From positions 64,339 through 128,338 of the forward strand of contig CAZEII010000004.1 of the NCBI GenBank assembly GCA_964511835.1: DNA of 64,000 nucleotides. Direction: 5' to 3'. Source of the stretch: an uncultured Acidobacteriota bacterium (lineage in GTDB: Bacteria; Acidobacteriota; Polarisedimenticolia; Polarisedimenticolales; DASRJG01). The notes under the pieces were generated by a model that made no database searches, was not told the DNA's origin, and saw nothing but the letters and a program-made list of their open reading frames with translations. The position numbers and the translations under genes are program-made. This document shows, piece after piece, positions 34,603 to 42,597 of this stretch (its first letter is position 1; each line of letters begins with the position of its first letter).

Positions 34603-35831
34603 CAAACGAGCAGCCGGCGACGCAGCGTATCCAGAGCGACCGTGACGGCGCGCCGGCGGATCAGCTCGCGATCGCCCGGCCAGTCGAGCTGGACCGCACG
34701 CCCCGAGGCGCCGTCGGCCAGCGCGATGTGAACGGTCCCCACGGGCTTCTCCGGCGTCCCGCCGTCGGGGCCGGCGACACCCGTGATGCCGAGCCCGAAG
34801 GTCGCCCCGCAGACCCGACGCGCCCCCTCCGCCAGCGCCCGGGCGACCGGCTCGCTGACGGCGCCGTGCGCCGCGAGCGAGCCGGGTGGAACGCCGACGA
34901 GCGAAGTCTTGAGCTCGTTCGCGTAACAGACGATGCCACCCAGAAACCACGCCAATGACCCCGGCACGTCGGTGATCGTCGCCCCGAGAAGCCCGCCGGT
35001 GCACGACTCCGCCACGGCCACCGTCGCGCCGCGCGCCATCAGGGCTCGCCCGACCACGGCAGCCAGGCTGTCGTCCCCCTCGGCGTAGACATCGACGCCC
35101 AGCCGAGCACGCATGGCCTGGGAGAGCCGCGCCAGCTTCGCCCGCGCTTGGACTGGATCCGCATCGCGTGCGATCGAGAGCAACTCGACACTCCCCGACG
35201 ACGCGAGGATCGTCGTCTCGGTTCCCTCCGCTCCGTAGAGGTCTCGGACGAGATCGTCGACGTAGGATTCCGGCCTCCCGGCGATGCGCAGCGTCGTGCG
35301 AGCGAGAGAGCGGCCCGCGCGCGCCGCGAGCAGCGGGGCGACGGACGCATCGAACATGGCTTTCATTTCCGCGGGGACGCCCGGGAGCGCGACGACGAGG
35401 CACGTGTCGCGCTCGAGCGTCAGCCCCGGCGCCGAACCCAGCGGGTTGTCGACCCAGGCGGCTCCTTCCGGGAGATCGGCCTGGAGGAATTGCCGCGGGC
35501 CGGCGACGCGCCCCCGTGCGCTGAACAGCGACGCGATGCGCCGGGCCATCTCGGCGTCCCGGGTCAGCTTGACGTCGAACGCCGTTGCGATCGCCTCGCG
35601 TGTCCGGTCGTCCTCGGTGGGACCCAGGCCGCCGGTGATCAAGATCGCGTCGGCGTCGCGGGCCGCCGCCCGCAGGAGGCCGGAGATCCGCGGCACGTCG
35701 TCTCCGACCGCCGCCCGCCACGAGGTCTCGAGGCCGCAATCGAGCAGCCGCAGCGCCAGCCACTCTGCGTTGGTATCCCGACGACCTGGAGTGAGGAGCT
35801 CGCTGCCGACCGCGAGGATGACGGCATTCAT
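34602..35831 (-). CDS. cinA: CinA family competence/damage-inducible protein (MoCF-binding plus PncC nicotinamide-nucleotide amidase domains; 409 aa)
   Basis: ILAVGSELL...TNAEWLA...ITGGLGPTEDD N-domain. AESCTGGLLG...GVAGPDGG C-domain. ATGA overlap with the upstream stop. Confidence 0.92.
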   Translation of the reverse strand: MNAVILAVGSELLTPGRRDTNAEWLALRLLDCGLETSWRAAVGDDVPRISGLLRAAARDADAILITGGLGPTEDDRTREAIATAFDVKLTRDAEMARRIASLFSARGRVAGPRQFLQADLPEGAAWVDNPLGSAPGLTLERDTCLVVALPGVPAEMKAMFDASVAPLLAARAGRSLARTTLRIAGRPESYVDDLVRDLYGAEGTETTILASSGSVELLSIARDADPVQARAKLARLSQAMRARLGVDVYAEGDDSLAAVVGRALMARGATVAVAESCTGGLLGATITDVPGSLAWFLGGIVCYANELKTSLVGVPPGSLAAHGAVSEPVARALAEGARRVCGATFGLGITGVAGPDGGTPEKPVGTVHIALADGASGRAVQLDWPGDRELIRRRAVTVALDTLRRRLLV

Positions 35832-36526
35832 AGCTCGGGCGCATCCGCTCGCCACGGTCGCGGCGCAGGCCGAATCCGAGACTTGAGGGCCTGCGGCGAG
35901 ACGATGCCACCGCTGACGACCAGCTTCACTCCTTCCTCGATCGAGATGTCCACCTCGACGATCTCCCGTTCCGGAACGACCGCGAGCCAGCCCGACGTCG
36001 GATTCGGAGTGGTCGGGAAGAAGACCATGACCATTTCGGCCGCATCGCTGCCCTCCGGCAGCGGGACAAGCGCTTCGCCCGTGACGAAGCCGACGGTCCA
36101 GACCCCTTTCCTCGGGTACTCGACCAGCACGACCCTTTGGAATGTGCTCTTGTCTCCCGTCCCGAACGCGTCGAGCAGCTGGCGCGCGCCGCCGTAGATC
36201 GACTTGACGATCGGAATCTTGAGGATCCCGGCCTCGACCCAGGCCAGGATGCGCTGGCCGACCAGGTTCGCCGCGATCAGCCCGATGAGGTAGATCGACA
36301 GCAGCGTGAGGACCACCCCGATCAGCGGAGCGACGAGCTGCGTGTGCCATCCAGCCACCCCCGAGACCCCAGCCGCCTGGAGCAGCCGGAGCACGATCGG
36401 CGTCACGTTGTCGCTGATGGCCGAGAAAAGAATCCGCAGGAGCCAAAAGGTGATGATCGTCGGCAGCACGAGGAGAAGGCCCCGAACGATGTGAGTGCGC
36501 GCATGTCGCCAGGCGGACGTCGCCAC
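35828..36526 (-). CDS. DUF502 family membrane protein (232 aa; the longest ORF would start at ATG 36607)
   Basis: GLLLVLPTIITFWLL...IPIVKSIYGGARQL...FQRVVLVEYPRKGVWTVGFVT...PTTPNPTSG signature. The GTG at 36526 is preceded by GGAAGGAG 5 nt upstream. Confidence 0.8.
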   Translation of the reverse strand: MATSAWRHARTHIVRGLLLVLPTIITFWLLRILFSAISDNVTPIVLRLLQAAGVSGVAGWHTQLVAPLIGVVLTLLSIYLIGLIAANLVGQRILAWVEAGILKIPIVKSIYGGARQLLDAFGTGDKSTFQRVVLVEYPRKGVWTVGFVTGEALVPLPEGSDAAEMVMVFFPTTPNPTSGWLAVVPEREIVEVDISIEEGVKLVVSGGIVSPQALKSRIRPAPRPWRADAPEL

Positions 36527-36578
36527 GACCGCTCCTTCCCCGTTTCGAAGGACCGCGGCCAGCTTAACAGCAGTGGGA

Positions 36579-36607
36579 TTGCCGCAAGCTCCCGGCCGAC
36601 TTAGCAT
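36579..36607 (+). promoter_or_regulatory. candidate sigma-70-type promoter giving a leaderless HEAT-operon transcript
   Basis: TTGCCG-N17-TAGCAT-N8-ATG(36616). No SD before the ATG. Confidence 0.4.
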
Positions 36608-36615
36608 CCCGTGCT

Positions 36616-37959
36616 ATGACGAGCCCCATCTCCGTCGCGCTCCTCGTTCTCGCCGTGGGCGCCACGGCTCCCAGCGATCCTCTCAAGAGCCCGGATCCCG
36701 GCGCGCGGGTCGCGGCCATCGAATCGCTCGCCAAGCAGAAAGGGCGAACCGCGGTGCCCCAGATCGCTCCGTTCGTCGAGGATCGGGACGAAGGCGTGGC
36801 GGTCCGAGCGGTCGCGACTCTCTTCGAGCTGGGAGGCGAGGCGACGCTGGCGCCGATCCGCAAGGCGCTTCGGTCCCCGTCCGCGCGCGTCCGCACCGAA
36901 ACCGCCCAACGCGCGGGCGACTCTCGCGCCCTCGCGCTCGTCGGCGATCTCGGGCGCCTCCTCGAGGATCACTTGCCCGGCGTCCGTCGGACCACCGTCG
37001 AAGCGCTCCGCGCCATTCGGGACCGGTCGACATATCCGTTTCTCGTGACCGCGACGTCGGACGAGATCTCGGGAACGGCTGCGAGCGCGATCGCAGGACT
37101 CGAGGACCTGGGCGATGCGCGCGCGCTTCCCAGGATCGCGCAGCTCGCGGGATCCTCCTCCGTCGAGGTGCGCGCTGCGGCAGCCCACGCGATTCCGGCT
37201 CTCTCGGGGCTGACCTCCCACGCCGAGCTCTTCGCGCGCCTGACGCGAGACGCGGATCCCCTGGTCCGCCGATCGGCGGCCGCGGGATTGCGCCGGGGCG
37301 CGGCACCGGAGGCGATACCTGCGCTCGTGACGCTCTCCACCGACGCGGACACCAGCGTGCGCCGGATGGCGATCGTGGGGTTGCAGGAGCAAGCGAGTCC
37401 TCAGGCGACCGCCGCGCTGATCTCCCGGCTCAAGGATGCGGACGACAACGTCCGGGCCGCGGCGGTGCTGGCTCTGGGCGCGCGCCCCGAGGGCGGGCAG
37501 GCCTCACGGATCGCCGCGGCGGCGTCCGATCCCGCCGAGGGCGTCCGTGTCGCGGTGGCGTCGACGCTGGGAGACGTCGGCCGCCCGGATGATCTCGAGA
37601 CCCTTCGCGCGCTCGCAGCGGATCCCAAGTCCGTCGTGCGAGCGACCGCGGTCGTCGCGGCAGCTCGGGTGGGAGCGTCCGCGGCCCTTCCGATCGTCGA
37701 GGCTGCCGCGAAGGATTCCGACGCGATCGTGCGGCTTTCGACGGTGCGCGCGCTGAGCTTCATCCGCGAGCCGGCCGCTTTGCCGGCGCTTCGGGGCCTC
37801 GCCTCGGCCGGGGATCTGGCCTCGCGCATCGCAGCGATCGAGCAGCTCGGCGCGCGGAAAGACACGGGCTCGGTTGCGCTGCTTCGCAAGATCGCTCAGG
37901 ACCCGGTCGAGAAGCTGCGCTCCGCCGCCCGCCGGGCGCTCGAGGCGATCGGCGCGTGA
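36616..37959 (+). CDS. exported HEAT-repeat protein (447 aa)
   Basis: Signal peptide MTSPISVALLVLAVGATAP. At least 10 repeats of the D/S-x-x-VR-x-x-AA-x-AL type (SARVRTETAQRAG, SVEVRAAAAHAI, DPLVRRSAAAGL, DTSVRRMAIVGL, DDNVRAAAVLAL, AEGVRVAVASTL, KSVVRATAVVAA, DAIVRLSTVRAL). Confidence 0.85.
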   Translation: MTSPISVALLVLAVGATAPSDPLKSPDPGARVAAIESLAKQKGRTAVPQIAPFVEDRDEGVAVRAVATLFELGGEATLAPIRKALRSPSARVRTETAQRAGDSRALALVGDLGRLLEDHLPGVRRTTVEALRAIRDRSTYPFLVTATSDEISGTAASAIAGLEDLGDARALPRIAQLAGSSSVEVRAAAAHAIPALSGLTSHAELFARLTRDADPLVRRSAAAGLRRGAAPEAIPALVTLSTDADTSVRRMAIVGLQEQASPQATAALISRLKDADDNVRAAAVLALGARPEGGQASRIAAAASDPAEGVRVAVASTLGDVGRPDDLETLRALAADPKSVVRATAVVAAARVGASAALPIVEAAAKDSDAIVRLSTVRALSFIREPAALPALRGLASAGDLASRIAAIEQLGARKDTGSVALLRKIAQDPVEKLRSAARRALEAIGA

Positions 37960-39434
37960 GATACCCTGGGCTCACGGCCGCGCTCGTCGCTGCGTCGGCC
38001 GCCGTCTCCGGATGGCTCGCCGCGCCCCCCACCGGATCGGCTCCGTCGCCGGCCTCGAAGCCCTTCCCGCTGCGCCACCTGGCCGCCGAGCGCGACCGGT
38101 TCGAGGGGGATTTTCGCGATCGGCTCGCGCATGCGGACCCCTCCCGACGGTTCGTCGCGCTCGTCGATCTCACCGAGCAGCTCGACCTTCCGGCGCTCGT
38201 CAAACGAATCTCCCGCAGTTCCACTTCGAAGCAAGAGGCTCGCGCGATCGTCGTCGGCGCTCTCGAGTCGGTGGCCGCGCGCCAGCAGGCCCGCCTCCGG
38301 CCGCTGCTCGATCGGCTCTCCGATGAGGGAACGATCGGCTACGTGAAGCCGGTCGCGATCCTCAACCGCCTGCTCGTCGAGGGCACCGCTGCGGGGCTTA
38401 CCGCGATCGCGGCGTCCCCGGAGGTCGCGGTGGTGCGGCCCGACTGGACCTCGGAGCGCGGGGGAGCGAAGGCGATCGACATTCCCGACGAGTCCGGCGA
38501 GAGCTTGGGTGAGACCTTCCGGAGTTGGGCCATCGGCGCCATGAAAGCCGATCGCCTCTGGAGCCGCGGTCTCGACGGAACCGGGGTGACGGTCGCCACG
38601 ATCGACACCGGTGCCTTCGAGGCCCACGAGCAGCTCCGCGACCGCCGGCTTCCAGGTGAGCGCGGGTGGTTCGATCCGGTCGAGGGATCGACGGTCGCCG
38701 GCGACCGCCATGGGCACGGGACCGGTGTTCTCTCCGAGGCGGTCGGAGGCAATCCGGCAGGGCGAGTGGTCGGGATCGCACCGGGGGCTCGGTGGGCGGC
38801 GGCTCTGGGCAACTGGCGGAATTTCTACTCGCGCTCCCGCATGACCCTCGCGGCCGACTGGATCTTGCGCGTCGCGCGCCCCGACGTGCTGGTCAATGCG
38901 TGGTCGCACGACGAGGGATCCTGCAGCGAATTCGACAAGCCGTTCATCGACGCGTGGAAGGCGTCGGGAATCTTCGTCGTCTTCCCGGCGGGCAACGGCG
39001 GGCCGGGCCCCTCGACCGGCGACAGCCCCGCGCAGCTCAAGGGGATCTTTCCCGGCGCGGCCGCCGTCTTCTCGGTCGCGGCCTTGACGCCGTCGGGAGG
39101 GGTCCATACGCAGTCGTCCCGCGGTCCGAGCCGCTGCGGGAGCTCGGCGTTTCCCACGCTGGCTGCGCCGGGAACCGATCTCCCGGCGGCGTCCTCCGGC
39201 GGACCGACCGCCTACGTGCGCGGTCAGGGAACTTCCTTGTCCGCCGGGCTGATCGGAGGGGCGGCCGCGCTCCTTTTGCAGGCCGCTCCCGAGACCGACC
39301 CCGACACCCTGGAGCGGGTGCTGGTCCGGAGCGCGCGCGACCTGGCTCCCCCCGGCCGAGACGACGCGACCGGCGCCGGCGCCGTCGACCTCGAGGCCGC
39401 GCTCGCTCTCCTGGCTCCGCAGACGGCGCCGTGA
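37956..39434 (+). CDS. S8 (subtilisin-like) serine peptidase with I9-like propeptide (492 aa)
   Basis: Catalytic triad contexts VATIDTG (Asp), HGHGTGV (His), GTSLSAG (Ser). The GTG start overlaps the HEAT gene stop (GTGA). Confidence 0.9.
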   Translation: MRYPGLTAALVAASAAVSGWLAAPPTGSAPSPASKPFPLRHLAAERDRFEGDFRDRLAHADPSRRFVALVDLTEQLDLPALVKRISRSSTSKQEARAIVVGALESVAARQQARLRPLLDRLSDEGTIGYVKPVAILNRLLVEGTAAGLTAIAASPEVAVVRPDWTSERGGAKAIDIPDESGESLGETFRSWAIGAMKADRLWSRGLDGTGVTVATIDTGAFEAHEQLRDRRLPGERGWFDPVEGSTVAGDRHGHGTGVLSEAVGGNPAGRVVGIAPGARWAAALGNWRNFYSRSRMTLAADWILRVARPDVLVNAWSHDEGSCSEFDKPFIDAWKASGIFVVFPAGNGGPGPSTGDSPAQLKGIFPGAAAVFSVAALTPSGGVHTQSSRGPSRCGSSAFPTLAAPGTDLPAASSGGPTAYVRGQGTSLSAGLIGGAAALLLQAAPETDPDTLERVLVRSARDLAPPGRDDATGAGAVDLEAALALLAPQTAP

Positions 39435-41641
39435 GCCGGATTCGCGGAACCGCTCTCGTCGCGACGGCCGCGCTGTCGATCGCCTCGCTCGCGTGCGCAG
39501 GCCGCGGCTCGCAGGTGATCGTCGTGATCACCCTCGACACCGTCCGGGCCGACCACCTCGGCTGCTACGGGAGCCGTCGCGGCCTGACTCCCAATCTCGA
39601 CCGCCTCGCGGCGCGGAGCGTCCTATTCGAAGACGCCTCCTGCGCGGTCCCCTTGACCCTGCCCTCCCACGCGAGCCTCTTCACCGGCAGGTATCCGACG
39701 GCGACCGGCGTTCGCAACAATGGGTCGTACGTCCTCCCCGCGTCCGAGACCACGCTCGCCGAGGTGCTCTCGGCCCGGGGGTTCCGAACGGGCGCGGTCG
39801 TCGGAGCGTTTCCGTTGTCGAAGCGCTTCGGGTTGGCTCAGGGGTTCGACATCTACGACGACGAGATGCCGCGGCGGGCCGCTCGCGACGGGCAGGCGTT
39901 TTCCGTTCATTTCGACGAGCGCAACGCCGCCGCCGTGACCGATCGGGCGATCGCCGTGTGGGAACGGCTCGGCTCCGCGCCGCGCTTCCTCTGGGTGCAC
40001 TACTTCGATGCCCACGCCCCCTACGCCGCGCCGGAACCCTGGGGATCCGAGCACTCCGAGCGTCCCTACGAAGGGGAGATCGCCTACGTCGATGCGCAGC
40101 TCGGCCGGCTCCTCGCGCGCCTCGGCCGCGACGCTCCGCAGGCCGTCATCGTCGTCGCCGCGGATCACGGCGAGTCGCTCGGGGAGCACGGCGAGAAAAC
40201 GCACGGCGTGTTCGTCTACCAGAGCACCATCCACGTGCCGCTCTTGATTTCCGCCCCCGGCCTCTGGCCCGAGGGCAAGCGGGTCACGGAGCCGGTCTCC
40301 CTGGTCGACGTGGCCCCCACTCTGTTGGCGCTCGCACGGGTTCGCGCGCGCGGAGGAGTCGACGGCGTCGACCTCGGACCGGCCGTCGAGGGAGCGAAGC
40401 GCGCCTCCCGCGAGGTCTACGCGGAGTCCTACCTCCCCCTCCTGCAGTTCCGCTTCAGCGCGCTGACCATGCTGCGCGACGGCCCGCTCAAGTACGTCGA
40501 CGCTCCGGCCGTCGAGCTTTACGACCTCGCACGCGATCCGGGCGAGACCCGGAACTTGGCGGGCACCGGCCTGCCGGCCGAGGCACCGCTCGCATCACGT
40601 CTCGCCGCGCTCGGCTCTCGCGCCGATCCGTCGGCGAGCACGCGCGCCGCGGGGGGGCTCGACGGTGAATCCGCCGCGCGCCTCGCCAGCCTCGGCTACG
40701 CGAGCGGCGGGCCGCCCGCCGCTGCGCCCCGCCGTGGGCGCGACCCGAAGACGATGACCGGGTATCTCGAGCGGTACGACCGCGCGGTCGGTCTCCAGGC
40801 GGTCGGAAAGATCGACGAGGGTGCCGCGATTCTCAGGACACTCATTCCCGAAGCCCCCGAGAACTACATGGTGCATTTCCAACTCGCCGCAGGTCTCGTG
40901 GCTCGAGGGGATCTGAGCGGCGCGAAGTCCGAGCTTGCGCAGGTCGTGGCCGACGCGCCGGAGTTCGCCAACGCCCGATGGATGCTGGGGGACTGCCTCG
41001 CCGCGCTGGGGGAGCTCGACGAGGCGGCGGCCAGCTACGATGCGGCGGCGGCGCAGCTTCCAGGACAGGCCGGTCCCTGGATCGCGAAGGGGCGCGCGCT
41101 CGAAGCCCGTGGCCGGTTCGACGCGGCCGCGGATACCTACCGCGCCGCACTTGACGCCGACCCGTCCTCGCTCGAAGCGGCTCGAGCCCTGCTGACGCTG
41201 CGCCAAGGACGGGGCGATCTCCCGCGCGCCATCGAGGAGCTCGATGCGCTCCGAGCGCGTTACTCCAAGTCGACGTCGTTGACGATCGCGCTCGCGGAAG
41301 CGCGCCTGCGCTCCGGCGACTCGAACGAAGCTGTGAGTGGATTTCGTTCCGCGCTTGCCGCCGAGCCCGACTCCCGGGCGGCGGGATTGGGGCTGGCTCG
41401 CGCGCTCGCGGCGGGCTCACCCTCGGATCGGCTCGAGGCCGAAACGAGGGCGAGCGCGCTCGCAGAGAGGTACCCCAGAGACCCAGCGCCCCGGCTCTTG
41501 CTGGGGCAGCTGGCGGAGAAGCGCGGCGACGGAGTCGCCGCGCTTGCCGCTTACCGAGAGGTGTTGACCATCGATCCCGGGAACGTCGACGGCGTCCGCG
41601 GTGCGAGTCGCGTCGCGGCCGGAGCGTTGAAGCTGCCGTAG
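39431..41641 (+). CDS. alkaline-phosphatase-superfamily (sulfatase-like) hydrolase/transferase fused to TPR repeats, paralog 1 (736 aa)
   Basis: The GTG at 39431 overlaps the S8 stop (GTGA). Signal ALVATAALSIASLAC. ITLDTVRADH, PLTLPSHASLFTGRYP and ADHGESLGEHGE motifs. ARLASLGY linker. TPR-rich C-terminal half. The track ORF start at 38666 is an out-of-frame extension into the S8 gene. Confidence 0.85.
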   Translation: MSRIRGTALVATAALSIASLACAGRGSQVIVVITLDTVRADHLGCYGSRRGLTPNLDRLAARSVLFEDASCAVPLTLPSHASLFTGRYPTATGVRNNGSYVLPASETTLAEVLSARGFRTGAVVGAFPLSKRFGLAQGFDIYDDEMPRRAARDGQAFSVHFDERNAAAVTDRAIAVWERLGSAPRFLWVHYFDAHAPYAAPEPWGSEHSERPYEGEIAYVDAQLGRLLARLGRDAPQAVIVVAADHGESLGEHGEKTHGVFVYQSTIHVPLLISAPGLWPEGKRVTEPVSLVDVAPTLLALARVRARGGVDGVDLGPAVEGAKRASREVYAESYLPLLQFRFSALTMLRDGPLKYVDAPAVELYDLARDPGETRNLAGTGLPAEAPLASRLAALGSRADPSASTRAAGGLDGESAARLASLGYASGGPPAAAPRRGRDPKTMTGYLERYDRAVGLQAVGKIDEGAAILRTLIPEAPENYMVHFQLAAGLVARGDLSGAKSELAQVVADAPEFANARWMLGDCLAALGELDEAAASYDAAAAQLPGQAGPWIAKGRALEARGRFDAAADTYRAALDADPSSLEAARALLTLRQGRGDLPRAIEELDALRARYSKSTSLTIALAEARLRSGDSNEAVSGFRSALAAEPDSRAAGLGLARALAAGSPSDRLEAETRASALAERYPRDPAPRLLLGQLAEKRGDGVAALAAYREVLTIDPGNVDGVRGASRVAAGALKLP

Positions 41642-42507
41642 TGCCCATCCAGCCAGTTCGGAGCGTTGTTCGCGACCTTCATGTGATATCCGAGATCGTG
41701 GCCATTGATCGTGACTGTCGCGTCCAAGGCCGGACCCGGGTGCGCCGCGTTCCAATCGAGGACGCTCTGCGCCATCGAGCGGTTGTTGGGGTTGGTCATA
41801 TCGAGCAGGAGCTTGCGCGTCCCGAAGTTCACCGAGACGCCGACCTGAGACGAGATCGGGACGGAGAAGGTATCGCCGACCCGATTGTTCAGGACGATCG
41901 ACGTGTTCATCGCCGTGAGGGTGGTCCTGAGCCAGTACGTTCCGTAGAGCTGGCCCGGCTTCATCTCGCTCGCGAGGGAGAGCATCGTGGCTGAGCGATC
42001 GTGCATGTCCGCGCGCCCGCATTCACCGTAGTACCGCGTCGTCGAGACGAGCAGCGCCAGGCTGCGCGCGCCAGAGCAGCTCGGGTGGAACGCGTAGTCG
42101 TAGTCGTCCACATCGCCGATCTCGGGATCGTCGGAGGTCGCTATGCTGCAGCCGCTCCAATCGGGCGAGCAGTAGAGATCATCCTTGAACGGGCTCGGCG
42201 CGGTCAGGCTGGTGAAGAAATTGGACGTGTCCAGCGTTCGGTCGCCGTTCGTCTTCTGATCGACGAACCAGATGAGGTTGTCCGCACCGTCGGGATACAG
42301 GGTCGCCACCTGCAGCGACTGCCGAACGTACGACTTCCCGGCGGTGTTGACGATGTTCGTGTGCGCGGCGGACGTGAGATTGGGATTTGAGAGCTGATCG
42401 TCATCCGTGATCAACGAGTAATCCGTGAGGGCGCAGCCCGCCCCCATCGACAACGCCAGGACCAGAACTAGACCCACACCAAAGCCCCTGAATACATTTT
42501 TGTTCAT
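41551..42507 (-). CDS. orphan Cys-containing lipoprotein, no family recognised (318 aa)
   Basis: ATG at 42507 with GGGAGGAAG upstream. MNKNVFRGFGVGLVLVLALSMGAGC carries a lipobox. GC is about 60% against about 70% in the flanks. The last ~30 codons overlap the convergent gene. Confidence 0.7.
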   Translation of the reverse strand: MNKNVFRGFGVGLVLVLALSMGAGCALTDYSLITDDDQLSNPNLTSAAHTNIVNTAGKSYVRQSLQVATLYPDGADNLIWFVDQKTNGDRTLDTSNFFTSLTAPSPFKDDLYCSPDWSGCSIATSDDPEIGDVDDYDYAFHPSCSGARSLALLVSTTRYYGECGRADMHDRSATMLSLASEMKPGQLYGTYWLRTTLTAMNTSIVLNNRVGDTFSVPISSQVGVSVNFGTRKLLLDMTNPNNRSMAQSVLDWNAAHPGPALDATVTINGHDLGYHMKVANNAPNWLDGHYGSFNAPAATRLAPRTPSTFPGSMVNTSR

Positions 42508-42597
42508 CGCAAGCTTCCTCCCGTTGCCGACGGTATACCTCGACCGGGAACGGAAAGCCAGAAAAAAAAGAAATTGCTCTTCGATTACTACGCGTCG

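Noticed and set aside
36603-36615. Small inverted repeat TAGCA-N3-TGCTA at the HEAT gene start, briefly considered CIRCE-like because of TTAGCA.
   Set aside because: The stem is only 5 bp, with the wrong spacing and sequence for CIRCE (TTAGCACTC-N9-GAGTGCTAA). It overlaps the proposed -10 element instead.
38666-39430. 5' 255 codons of track ORF 38666..41641.
   Set aside because: It overlaps the S8 protease gene in a different frame and has low-complexity Arg/Gly translation. The sulfatase-like domain and its signal peptide begin at the GTG at 39431.
42562-42569. A8 (T8 on the minus strand) run downstream of the lytic transglycosylase, considered as an intrinsic terminator.
   Set aside because: No GC-rich stem precedes the T-tract on the minus strand (best pairing is 3 bp), so a Rho-independent terminator is not supported.
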